DNA of 64,000 nucleotides from a virus (Duplodnaviria; Heunggongvirae; Uroviricota; Caudoviricetes): IMG/VR virus record IMGVR_UViG_3300035516_000805; one strand, 5' to 3'. Shown piece by piece: positions 55,989 to 64,000 of this stretch (position 1 is its first letter; each line of letters starts with the position of its first letter). The notes under the pieces were generated by a model. It saw only the letters and a program-made list of their open reading frames with translations, ran no database searches and was not told where the DNA came from. The position numbers and the translations under genes were made by a program.

Positions 55989-58454
55989 ATGATATTAAAC
56001 AATAAAAAAATAAAGAAAATAAATCAGTATATGCTTGGACTTGGCAAACCAATTGAAAAAGACAATATAGGTTATAATGCCATAGATTACCCTAAATTGG
56101 AAATTTTAGGAAGATATAACGGCGATTATACTGATGAAATGTGTCTTTATGTTTTAAATACATTTTTAAAATATAAAGGAAAACAGTTAAAGCCATATAA
56201 AAAAGATATTAAAGAAAGCATTGAATATTATTCTTCAAAAGTAAAATCTGTTCCTGCCAACTGGAATCGTTTTGCTAAAGAAGAAGGACCACAGAACTTT
56301 TTACCGAATGAGATAACTTTTTTAGGAAAAGAACAAAATGAGTATGGAACTTTTGCAGTTTTAAACTGGAAGAAATTTTATGGTGCAAATATTTTTCGAG
56401 ATGAATATGGTAAAAATAGCGGGCATTGGTCTAAAAATGATAAAAATGGATGGTGTTTTTGTGTAAATACTGATTATCTGCAGCGATTTTTAGAGAATGT
56501 CCGTTGGGAAGGTGATTTTGGATTTGTTCCGGATAAAAATTTATTAAAGTTCATAGAAGAAGATAAAATTGAAAGTAAAAATGTTAAAAAAGTTGTTAAA
56601 CAAGTTGCAATTTTAAATGAATACCCAAATGGTATCGACATTCAATTTGATGGATTTATCAGTGAAATAAATGATTTAAAATTCGAGACAAATCAGATTC
56701 GTTCATTTAAAAATGGTAAAGAATGGGCTACTTTCATAGGAAATGATTATATTTCAAAGGTTATTCATATTCTGCAGAAAAATAACTTTGAAGTAAGTAA
56801 TTTGTTGGAATATGAAAACAGGGATACACTTGAATTAAATAAAGCAGATAATCAGTTAATAGATTATACTGACAAAGAAAAATATCCTTTACCATTTACA
56901 CCATATCCATATCAAATTGAAGATGCAAATAAAGTTATAAGCCAAAAAAGGATATTACTGGGACATGATATGGGCTGTGGAAAAACCTTGATTGCTGCTC
57001 TAGTAGGTACTTCTATTAATGTTCCTAAGTTAGTTATTGTACCGGAATCATTAAGACTTAACTGGAAAAGAGAAATTTTAAATTTAACACCAAATGCAGA
57101 CATTAAAGTTTTATATTCGAAAAATCCTTTTGAAGTAGGAACAGACTGGACAATTGTTGGATATAGTACAGCAACCAAGTATTATGAACAATTAGCAGAA
57201 CAAAACTTTGACTGTATTTTTATAGATGAGGCTCATAACTGTAAAGCGGTAAATAATAGTGGTATAGCAAGTTCAAAAAGAGCTGAATCAGTATTAAAAT
57301 TATGTGAAAAAGCTACTTATGTATATCCTATGACGGGTACACCGCTTCCTACAAGAAATAAAGATTTATTTAATATTCTCAGAATGTTAAAAGCTCCTGA
57401 AGTTATTACCGGAAATAAAAATGATTTTTTCCAATTTGGAAAAACTTATTGTGATGGAAAACATAATGGTTATGGATGGGATTTTTCAGGACAGAGTAAT
57501 TCTGCTGACCTTTCTAATATATTAAATAATCATATGGTAAGACGTTTAAAGTCAGATGTTTTACCGGATTTGACGAAACAAAGAGTATTTATACCAATTG
57601 AAACTACTCAAAAAGCATATTTCAGAATTGAATATAAAATTAATAATCTGTCCGGTAATGATACCTATATGGGACTTGCTATGACTGGACGTAGAATTTT
57701 ATCAAAAGATAAGGTAGAAGCAAGTATTGACCTTGCAGATACTTTACTGGAAGGAGAAGATTCGGTTGTTATTGTTTCTGAATTTGATGAAACATTGGAT
57801 AAAATACAAGAAAAGTATGGGGACCTTTGTTGTACTATTCGTGGCGGTATGACTGATAAAGCAAAACAGCAGGCAATTGATGACTTTCAAAGTGGAACAA
57901 AGAAAGTATGTGCTTTAAATATGATTGCTGGTGGAGTTGGTATTACACTTACAAAGGCACATCATATGATTATTTGTGATTATGACTGGACTCCAAGCAA
58001 TATGGCTCAGGTAGAAGACAGAATTTGTCGTTCAGGACAAAAAGACCCTTGTATGATACATTATATTTATTGTGAAAATGCTTTATTAGACCAGATTTTT
58101 ATGAAAATGATTACAGATAAGTCATATAATATTGATAGAATTGTCGATAAAGCAGAAAATACGATGGATTTTAACGTAAGTGATGGAAATTATTTAAAAA
58201 CACTTGAAAATTGTATTAATGAGTTAAAAGAAAACCGTTTAAGGAAAATTTTTGAAAATAATTTCAGTAATTTTCATTATGAAATTACATCTTCTCCTTT
58301 TGGATGTGATATTTTTATTGATGATAAACAATTACATTTATCACGTACAAAGTTATATGATATTATAAACGAAAATACGGATGAAGAAATTACTCAAAAA
58401 ATAAGTGATGCTATTATCCAGTTTCAAAATGAATTAGAAATTGATAAAGAATAA
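55989..58454 (+). CDS. SNF2-family helicase/ATPase
   Basis: Motif I GHDMGCGKTL, motif II DEAH (FIDEAHNCK), C-terminal helicase motifs GGVGITLT ... QVEDRICRSGQKDP. Confidence 0.8.
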   Translation: MILNNKKIKKINQYMLGLGKPIEKDNIGYNAIDYPKLEILGRYNGDYTDEMCLYVLNTFLKYKGKQLKPYKKDIKESIEYYSSKVKSVPANWNRFAKEEGPQNFLPNEITFLGKEQNEYGTFAVLNWKKFYGANIFRDEYGKNSGHWSKNDKNGWCFCVNTDYLQRFLENVRWEGDFGFVPDKNLLKFIEEDKIESKNVKKVVKQVAILNEYPNGIDIQFDGFISEINDLKFETNQIRSFKNGKEWATFIGNDYISKVIHILQKNNFEVSNLLEYENRDTLELNKADNQLIDYTDKEKYPLPFTPYPYQIEDANKVISQKRILLGHDMGCGKTLIAALVGTSINVPKLVIVPESLRLNWKREILNLTPNADIKVLYSKNPFEVGTDWTIVGYSTATKYYEQLAEQNFDCIFIDEAHNCKAVNNSGIASSKRAESVLKLCEKATYVYPMTGTPLPTRNKDLFNILRMLKAPEVITGNKNDFFQFGKTYCDGKHNGYGWDFSGQSNSADLSNILNNHMVRRLKSDVLPDLTKQRVFIPIETTQKAYFRIEYKINNLSGNDTYMGLAMTGRRILSKDKVEASIDLADTLLEGEDSVVIVSEFDETLDKIQEKYGDLCCTIRGGMTDKAKQQAIDDFQSGTKKVCALNMIAGGVGITLTKAHHMIICDYDWTPSNMAQVEDRICRSGQKDPCMIHYIYCENALLDQIFMKMITDKSYNIDRIVDKAENTMDFNVSDGNYLKTLENCINELKENRLRKIFENNFSNFHYEITSSPFGCDIFIDDKQLHLSRTKLYDIINENTDEEITQKISDAIIQFQNELEIDKE

Positions 58455-58569
58455 ATAATCCTATTTTTATTAAAAATAGAAATTTTTATAAAAATAAAAA
58501 TTTGGGTTTTACCGTAAATTCTTTAGAATTTACGGTGTAATGGAAATTCTGTAAAAAACAGAACTTCCA

Positions 58570-58612
58570 TTTTACATTATAAATAGTAGATAAAGAAATT
58601 TATCTACTATTA
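58570..58612 (+). promoter_or_regulatory. class II motif + hairpin
   Basis: ccattttacattataaatagtagataaagaaatttatctactattattttt. Confidence 0.5.
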
Positions 58613-58650
58613 TTTTTATTTAATTTTATTTTTTAAGGAGGATTAAAATT

Positions 58651-59373
58651 ATGCCAAATTGGGTATTTAATTCATTAGCAATCCGTAAACAGGATAAAGA
58701 TTACGTTATCAATAAAAATGGAGAAGTTGATTTTAATTTAGTGTGTCCTATGCCGAAATCTTTAGATGTAACTAATGAAGCACAAAATCCTTATGCTATT
58801 TATTTATATTTATCTCTTAAAGATGGAAAAACAGTTACATTAGAAAAAATGCAAGAAAATCCGTTAGCTATAACATTATTAGGTAAGGGAATGATAAAAC
58901 AGATAAGGGATGACTTAAATGATTTTTTGGCAGAAAATCTTATGGACGCTGCACAGTTATATCAGGAAGGTAAAGTTTTAGTAGAAAATTATGAAAAATA
59001 TGGAGCAACAGATTGGTATGACTGGTCTTGTATGAACTGGGGATGTAAATGGAACGCTGGTACAGTCGGTATTGAAGAAGACGGTGATATTCTTAATATT
59101 CGTTTTGATACACCTTGGTCGCCGCCAAGAGAGTATTTACAAGCATTAGGTAAGAAAATACCGTTTTATTTGGAATGGCTTGAAGAACAAGGCTTACATG
59201 GAGAAATTTTCAGTACAGAACCGAATGTTGTTTTTTCATATGACTTAGACTCAGAAGAATATATTAAAAATGAAGATGGCGATTCTGTTTTAAAAAATGA
59301 AAATATTTATACTTTTGAAGATAAGAAAAATAATGTTATTAAATGGGGAGAAAATTTTGACATAGTTAGGTAA
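58651..59373 (+). CDS. hypothetical protein
   Basis: RBS AAGGAGG. Confidence 0.55.
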   Translation: MPNWVFNSLAIRKQDKDYVINKNGEVDFNLVCPMPKSLDVTNEAQNPYAIYLYLSLKDGKTVTLEKMQENPLAITLLGKGMIKQIRDDLNDFLAENLMDAAQLYQEGKVLVENYEKYGATDWYDWSCMNWGCKWNAGTVGIEEDGDILNIRFDTPWSPPREYLQALGKKIPFYLEWLEEQGLHGEIFSTEPNVVFSYDLDSEEYIKNEDGDSVLKNENIYTFEDKKNNVIKWGENFDIVR

Positions 59374-59408
59374 GTTGGAAGTTCTAAATAAGTAAGGAGG
59401 ACATTCAG

Positions 59409-59828
59409 ATGATAGTGACAGGAAATGATAAATTAAAGAAAAAATATGGTAATGATTATGATGAATTTGACCGAATTCGTGAGCTTAATAAGAGAAACCC
59501 TTATCTTGCAATTCAAGAAATTCAGGAATTTGTTGAGAATAAATTCGCAGAAAAAGGAGAGCCTACGGTGCTTCCTAGTGGAAAAATGCGAAAGAAAGTA
59601 TGGAAAAAGATTGCGGAGATTGCAGCAGATATGGGTATTTTACTGGAACCAAAGGAAGGCATGGTAGACCTTGCAGGCTTTGAAGAACCTAGAAATGACG
59701 ATGACAAGTTGTTTCCAAGCGATTATTTTGACAAGGTTGAATCGCCTGTTTCCCAGAACAGAGACAGAAAAATAATGCCAGCTTTCGAACTTCCAACTAA
59801 CACAGCAGAAGAAGAAATGGAACGATAA
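59409..59828 (+). CDS. hypothetical protein
   Basis: RBS AAGGAGG; C-terminus encoded by a CTTCCAACTAAC repeat motif. Confidence 0.5.
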   Translation: MIVTGNDKLKKKYGNDYDEFDRIRELNKRNPYLAIQEIQEFVENKFAEKGEPTVLPSGKMRKKVWKKIAEIAADMGILLEPKEGMVDLAGFEEPRNDDDKLFPSDYFDKVESPVSQNRDRKIMPAFELPTNTAEEEMER

Positions 59829-59852
59829 TTTTTAAAAGGGAGAATTAAAATT

Positions 59853-60081
59853 ATGATGAATTATTATGGAATACATATAACGTATGGAAATGGTGATAGT
59901 GATGGATATACAATTCCTATTGCTATTAAAGATGGAGATGAAGAAGCAGCAATACAAAAAAGCTGTAAAAAATTCTTTATTTGAAGCACAAGAAGATGTA
60001 AATAATATTGATTATATAGAAGAAATAAGCAAAGAAGAATATGAGGATATGAGTTTAAGTTCAGATGTAAGAGATAAGTAA
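59853..60081 (+). pseudogene. hypothetical protein split by a frameshift at an A6 tract
   Basis: ORF from ATG 59853 (RBS AAAAGGGAG) shifts frame at caaaaaag (59956-59961) into ORF 59884-60081. Confidence 0.4.
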
Positions 60082-60216
60082 TATAATATTTACACTCATT
60101 GAGCGTATGTAAAAGTTTTTTTTAATTAAAAATAGTTTACAAAGTCACTCAATGAGTGTATTTTTAAAATAAATCAAAATTAAAATTTACTGTAAATTTG
60201 CGAAAAGGGAAAATAT

Positions 60217-61266
60217 ATGAATAGTATTAAAGAATTGAAACAAAAATACAATGTCACTACCAAACAAATTAGTGAATTTCTTGGAATTCCACTAAGAACA
60301 TTGCAAAACTGGGAGAATGGCTCTAGGGAACCGGCGGAATATCTTCCAAAATTAATAGATAATAATTTATCTATGCTTTTAAAAACAAATAAAAAATCAA
60401 CAGAATTAGTTTCAAATTCAAATATTCTTGCAGATGAAAACATTAACCGTATTCTTAAAAAAGACTTTGATACATTAACAAAAGAAGATATTCATGCAAT
60501 TAATCTTTTTTATCATTATCAAATGTTAAGTGAAATAAAACGTAAAGATAAGGGTGGAATTTACGGCTTTACTCAACGTAAATTAGCATATAATTCGAGT
60601 AAAATGGAAGGTAATCGTTTAACAGAAAATGATACAGCTACGTTATTTGAAACAGGTATAATACCGGATGGGGAATACCGTTCAAAAGATATTGAAGAAA
60701 TGCGTGGACATTTTGTAATGTTCAATAATGCTGTAAATGGATTTTATGACCAATTAACTGAAGAAATGATTAAAAAATATCATTATGACTTACAATGTGG
60801 TGTTTTTGAATTTTTAGCAAATGGTTATGTACCGGGAGAGTATAAAAGACGAGTAAATATGGTAAGTAATATTACAACATCATCTCCTGAAAATGTACAA
60901 CGAGATATGCAGCTTTTATTGAGTAACTATCACAGTGAAACAAATATGGATGTATTAGAAAAAATAACAATTTTTCATAGCAAATATGAAAATATTCATC
61001 CGTTTCAAGATGGCAATGGCAGAACAGGTCGTATGATATTATTTAAGGAAGGCTTCACACAGGATACTTTGCCGATTATCATTAACGATGAACGTAAAAA
61101 AGCTTATAGAGATACTTTAAATTTGTCTCAAAAGCAAAATGAATACCAGCCATTGATTGATTATATGAGGGATTGTCAATTTGAATTTTACAAAATTTTG
61201 CAAGAATTTTTATATGACCATAAAATTATATTAAATAATGAAGAAATAGATATTAATAAAGAATAG
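60217..61266 (+). CDS. HTH-Fic fusion protein (Fic/Doc family AMPylase-like)
   Basis: N-terminal XRE-like HTH; Fic motif HPFQDGNGRTGR. Confidence 0.75.
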   Translation: MNSIKELKQKYNVTTKQISEFLGIPLRTLQNWENGSREPAEYLPKLIDNNLSMLLKTNKKSTELVSNSNILADENINRILKKDFDTLTKEDIHAINLFYHYQMLSEIKRKDKGGIYGFTQRKLAYNSSKMEGNRLTENDTATLFETGIIPDGEYRSKDIEEMRGHFVMFNNAVNGFYDQLTEEMIKKYHYDLQCGVFEFLANGYVPGEYKRRVNMVSNITTSSPENVQRDMQLLLSNYHSETNMDVLEKITIFHSKYENIHPFQDGNGRTGRMILFKEGFTQDTLPIIINDERKKAYRDTLNLSQKQNEYQPLIDYMRDCQFEFYKILQEFLYDHKIILNNEEIDINKE

Positions 61267-61331
61267 TGTTTTACTACGAATTCTAAAGAATTTGTAGTTT
61301 TCATCGAATTTTTATCTTAATAAAAATTCGA

Positions 61332-61372
61332 TTTTACATTATTAATAGTAGAGAATAAAATCTCTACTATTT
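61332..61372 (+). promoter_or_regulatory. class II motif + hairpin
   Basis: gattttacattattaatagtagagaataaaatctctactattttttt. Confidence 0.5.
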
Positions 61373-61395
61373 TTTTAATTTAAGGGGGATGTCTT

Positions 61396-61593
61396 GTGAG
61401 CCATTTAACAAATAAAATTCGATTGGAACGGGAGAAAAATAATCTAAAAAGAGCCACAAAGGTAGAATTCAATACAGGTACGAGGGATATGGGATATAAA
61501 AGCAATAATGATAGAAAAGAAGCTGGATTTATACAATCTTACGGCAATTTTGATGATTATTTACAAAAAGAAATAAGAAAATATGAAAGGTAA
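61396..61593 (+). CDS. hypothetical protein
   Basis: GTG/ATG-start 65-aa ORF; RBS AAGGGGGA. Confidence 0.4.
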   Translation: MSHLTNKIRLEREKNNLKRATKVEFNTGTRDMGYKSNNDRKEAGFIQSYGNFDDYLQKEIRKYER

Positions 61594-61707
61594 GATTACA
61601 AGTAAGATTACAAGTAAAAGTATTAGTATTGACCTTTTATTTTTACAAATGTATATTAATACTATATTAGGTAATATTTTTCATATCAACAATAATGAGG
61701 TATTCCA

Positions 61708-62061
61708 ATGGATTTAGATTTTGATGTTTTAATGAAAAATACAATATTAGTTCACGTTGACATTAAGGATAATACTGTCAATGTCACATATTATGAAAAA
61801 ACTCCATTAGCACCCTTTCAAATGGAAAATGTAAATATTAAGACTGTTAATGATTTCTTTGAAAGACGCTGTTTTGATATTAATAGACCGGATAAAGCAT
61901 TTTTATTAGAATGTTTAGGACTGGACTATTATAATCCATTTGAAATTGTAAAGAAAACACATGGATTTTTACAAGATGACTTTATCTGGGTACGTTTTGA
62001 AGGAGAAGATTTAAGTTGGGAGGATGTAAGAAGTGAATTTACAGAATTATCGGATAGATAA
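61708..62061 (+). CDS. HipS-like (HipA N-terminal subdomain-like) small protein
   Basis: 117 aa; overlaps the downstream kinase start; weak resemblance to the HipA N-domain (FFERR...LLECLGLD...GFLQDDF). Confidence 0.45.
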   Translation: MDLDFDVLMKNTILVHVDIKDNTVNVTYYEKTPLAPFQMENVNIKTVNDFFERRCFDINRPDKAFLLECLGLDYYNPFEIVKKTHGFLQDDFIWVRFEGEDLSWEDVRSEFTELSDR

Positions 62062-62836
62062 GAAATATGCCGTTTTAACAACTACATCTTCCATAGGTTC
62101 CCAGTTAAAATTTAAAAAGGATAATTATTGGTATAAATGCGATAACGTTGGAAATGAAGGATTAGCTGAACAGTTAGTTTCCGATATGTTACAATTTTCA
62201 AATATTAATAATTATTTATCATATGAAAGATGTCTTATAAATGGGAGAAAAGGATGCCGTTCATTGTCTTTTTTACAAAGTAATGAACAACTGATAACGT
62301 TTAATAATTTGTATAAAAATACACATTTTAACTCTATTGTTGAAGATATTACAAAAATATCTTCATTTGAGGACAGATTTGATTTTATTGTAGATTTCAT
62401 CAAAAATATTGCCGGAATTGACTGTACTCAGTATTTATATGATAATATTGCCATAGATATGATAATAAAAAATCCGGATAGACATTTTAATAATTTAGCT
62501 TTGATTGTAAATAAAACCGGAAATTTTCGCTGCGCACCGGTTTTTGATAACGGTCAAGGTTTAGGTCAAAATTTTACAATAACTCCGCCAGATTTAACAA
62601 TACAAGAGAAAATGGAACGTTTAGTAGCTAATACATTTTGCGGAAACTTTGAACAGCAGTTCTTAATTGCTCAAAATAAAGAAATAATACCACTTATGAT
62701 TGATTATGACAATTTTTTTGCTTATTTAAACGAACAATATGAAAATAATATCGCAAAAGAGTTTTTACTGACTTCGCTGAATCAATATAAAGATATTTTT
62801 GATGAGAAAATAATTCAACTGACTGAAAGGGAATAA
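62033..62836 (+). CDS. HipT/HipA-like Ser/Thr kinase (canonical catalytic motif)
   Basis: Gly-rich loop SSIGSQLKF (compare SLSGVQPK), catalytic loop NPDRHFNNLAL (D-x-H-x-x-N), APVFDNG. Confidence 0.65.
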   Translation: MNLQNYRIDKKYAVLTTTSSIGSQLKFKKDNYWYKCDNVGNEGLAEQLVSDMLQFSNINNYLSYERCLINGRKGCRSLSFLQSNEQLITFNNLYKNTHFNSIVEDITKISSFEDRFDFIVDFIKNIAGIDCTQYLYDNIAIDMIIKNPDRHFNNLALIVNKTGNFRCAPVFDNGQGLGQNFTITPPDLTIQEKMERLVANTFCGNFEQQFLIAQNKEIIPLMIDYDNFFAYLNEQYENNIAKEFLLTSLNQYKDIFDEKIIQLTERE

Positions 62837-62840
62837 TTCT

Positions 62841-63770
62841 ATGGATTTATGGGACGAGTTTGAAGATAATCGAATATTTGAAGATAATAGAGAATATAGC
62901 GTAGATGAAATTCCTGTTAATATTGGAAAATGGTTGTCTTATATGCCTTATCATGATATAGAACAGTTAAAACTGCAGCGAGAAAATATTTTAAGAGTTC
63001 CTTTATTGAATAACTATGGAAGAATAGGCTTTATTTTGTCAAAAAATATTGATATGCTAGAGCAGTATTTACAAGATGTATCTTCTAAAGTCCGTATTGA
63101 AAATACCCAAACAGTATTAGAAACAGAAGTCTATTATACTTCTAAGATTGAAGGTGCAAAGACTACATTAATCCGTACGCAGGCAATCCACAATGGAAGT
63201 CCTATTAGAGAAGATAATAAATACAGTGAAGCAATGATAAAGGGTAATTTTGAAGCTGTTAAATTATTAAATCTTTATGGGAATAAATTAAATGAAGCTA
63301 TTTTATATAAAATTTGGGATACTTTGACTAAAGACTGCAGGGATAATAGGCATATACAAGGAAAATTTTACCGAAATGGTGAAATTACTGTAACAGATTC
63401 AAACTTTCAAAGTGTATCTGTAAGTGAACTTTACGAATCAATGAATTTGTTTTTAGACTTTTATAATGGTCCAATCTTACATGACAGACCCTTTATAAAG
63501 AGCTGCATAATTCATTTTGCATTTGAAACGATTCATCCTTTTTGTGACGGAAATGGAAGACTTGGAAGGTTATTAATGAATAATTATCTGATAAAACAGG
63601 GAATTGAATCGTGTAGAGCCGTATCGTTTTCTCAACAGATAGACAAAAACAGAGGTCTATATGATGCAGCATTTATTGATGGGGAAAACAGAAATAATGA
63701 CTGCACACCTTTTGTAGAATATATGTTGGATATTATGGCAAAATCTTATTTGTCTGCATTAAAAGTATAA
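62841..63770 (+). CDS. Fic-domain protein
   Basis: Fic motif HPFCDGNGRLGR; start 5 nt after the kinase stop. Confidence 0.75.
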   Translation: MDLWDEFEDNRIFEDNREYSVDEIPVNIGKWLSYMPYHDIEQLKLQRENILRVPLLNNYGRIGFILSKNIDMLEQYLQDVSSKVRIENTQTVLETEVYYTSKIEGAKTTLIRTQAIHNGSPIREDNKYSEAMIKGNFEAVKLLNLYGNKLNEAILYKIWDTLTKDCRDNRHIQGKFYRNGEITVTDSNFQSVSVSELYESMNLFLDFYNGPILHDRPFIKSCIIHFAFETIHPFCDGNGRLGRLLMNNYLIKQGIESCRAVSFSQQIDKNRGLYDAAFIDGENRNNDCTPFVEYMLDIMAKSYLSALKV

Positions 63771-63795
63771 AAACAGAACTTAGATAGTAATTCCA

Positions 63796-63840
63796 TTTTA
63801 CATTATTTATAGTAGGAACATTGATTGTTTCTACTATTTT
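63796..63840 (+). promoter_or_regulatory. class II motif + hairpin
   Basis: ccattttacattatttatagtaggaacattgattgtttctactatttttttt. Confidence 0.5.
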
Positions 63841-63860
63841 TTTTACTATTAAAGGAGAAA

Positions 63861-64000
63861 ATGATGAAAATGAACAATTATTATATTACTTTTGGCAGCA
63901 GTATGGAATTTCCTTTTCAGAATTCATATTTAGTCATTCAGGCTAAAAATGAATCTAAAGCAAGAGAAATTTTTAGGGAACATTTTCCTGATAAACATAT
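63861..64000 (+). CDS. hypothetical protein (partial)
   Basis: RBS AAAGGAG; runs off the window. Confidence 0.4.
   Translation, partial: MMKMNNYYITFGSSMEFPFQNSYLVIQAKNESKAREIFREHFPDKH

Noticed and set aside
55989-58454. SNF2 helicase as part of a DISARM/BREX-like defence system
   Set aside because: No adjacent methyltransferase, DUF1998 helicase, PLD or PglZ-type partners. Its neighbours are a sigma factor and unknown small ORFs, so a replication or transcription role is more parsimonious.
1-64000. CRISPR arrays and tRNA genes
   Set aside because: No regularly spaced identical repeats with unique spacers, and no tRNA-like T-arm (GTTCGAATC/GGTTCAAATCC) or cloverleaf candidates were seen. 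The tandem repeats present are coding VNTRs or iterons.
1-64000. Integrase, recombinase, transposase or phage structural genes (capsid, portal, terminase)
   Set aside because: No ORF showed recognisable tyrosine/serine recombinase, DDE transposase, terminase, portal or major capsid motifs. The element type (phage versus plasmid) therefore remains open.

Overview
AT-rich (about 28-30% GC) 64-kb window with Firmicute-type codon usage. Almost all genes sit on the + strand. Most are short genes of unknown function behind repeated promoter motifs, so this looks like part of a large mobile element of a low-GC Gram-positive host: a phage, phage-plasmid or conjugative plasmid. No capsid, terminase, integrase, tRNA or CRISPR array could be recognised.

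Modules I can support from the sequence:
- Replication and segregation (33.1-46.1 kb): a TopoIA-family protein, a PIF1-like helicase, a topo-type zinc-ribbon protein, signal peptidase I, a ParM/actin-like ATPase, and two tandem RecD2-like helicases.
- Further along (54.2-58.5 kb): a sigma-70-family sigma factor and a SNF2 helicase.
- Surface-glycosylation genes (25.2-27.9 kb): a GtrB-like GT2 transferase plus a large polytopic membrane protein, flanked by inverted repeats, with a 51-bp tandem duplication and a (TA)n frameshift.
- Single genes: a flotillin, a SpoVK/CbbX-type AAA+ ATPase, a Pol-beta-type nucleotidyltransferase, a lambda-PPase-like phosphatase, a secreted SGNH hydrolase, and a hexapeptide-repeat protein.
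- Toxin-antitoxin pairs: RelB-PIN on the + strand and a second PIN pair on the - strand. A C5-methyltransferase 3' remnant is also present.

Most unusual features:
1. Three HipA-like kinase-fold proteins. Two form a tandem pair with altered catalytic motifs. The third is split HipS/HipT-style and is translationally coupled to a Fic protein, next to a second HTH-Fic gene.
2. Two genome-wide promoter/operator motif classes: TTGACATTA-N-AATGTCATA (13 copies) and TTTTACATTATT followed by covarying AGTAG...CTACT hairpins (about 21 copies).
3. A dense family of palindromic hairpin repeats (GTTGGAAG...CTTCCAAC, CTTAGATAGTAG...CTACTATCTAAG, AAATTCTTTAGAATTT). Some copies are inserted in-frame inside coding sequences.
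4. An approximately 230-bp direct repeat about 29 kb apart. Each copy carries a conserved 42-43 aa minus-strand ORF and is followed by iteron arrays.
5. A GC-elevated, stem-rich 300-nt candidate structured RNA at 17.35-17.72 kb.
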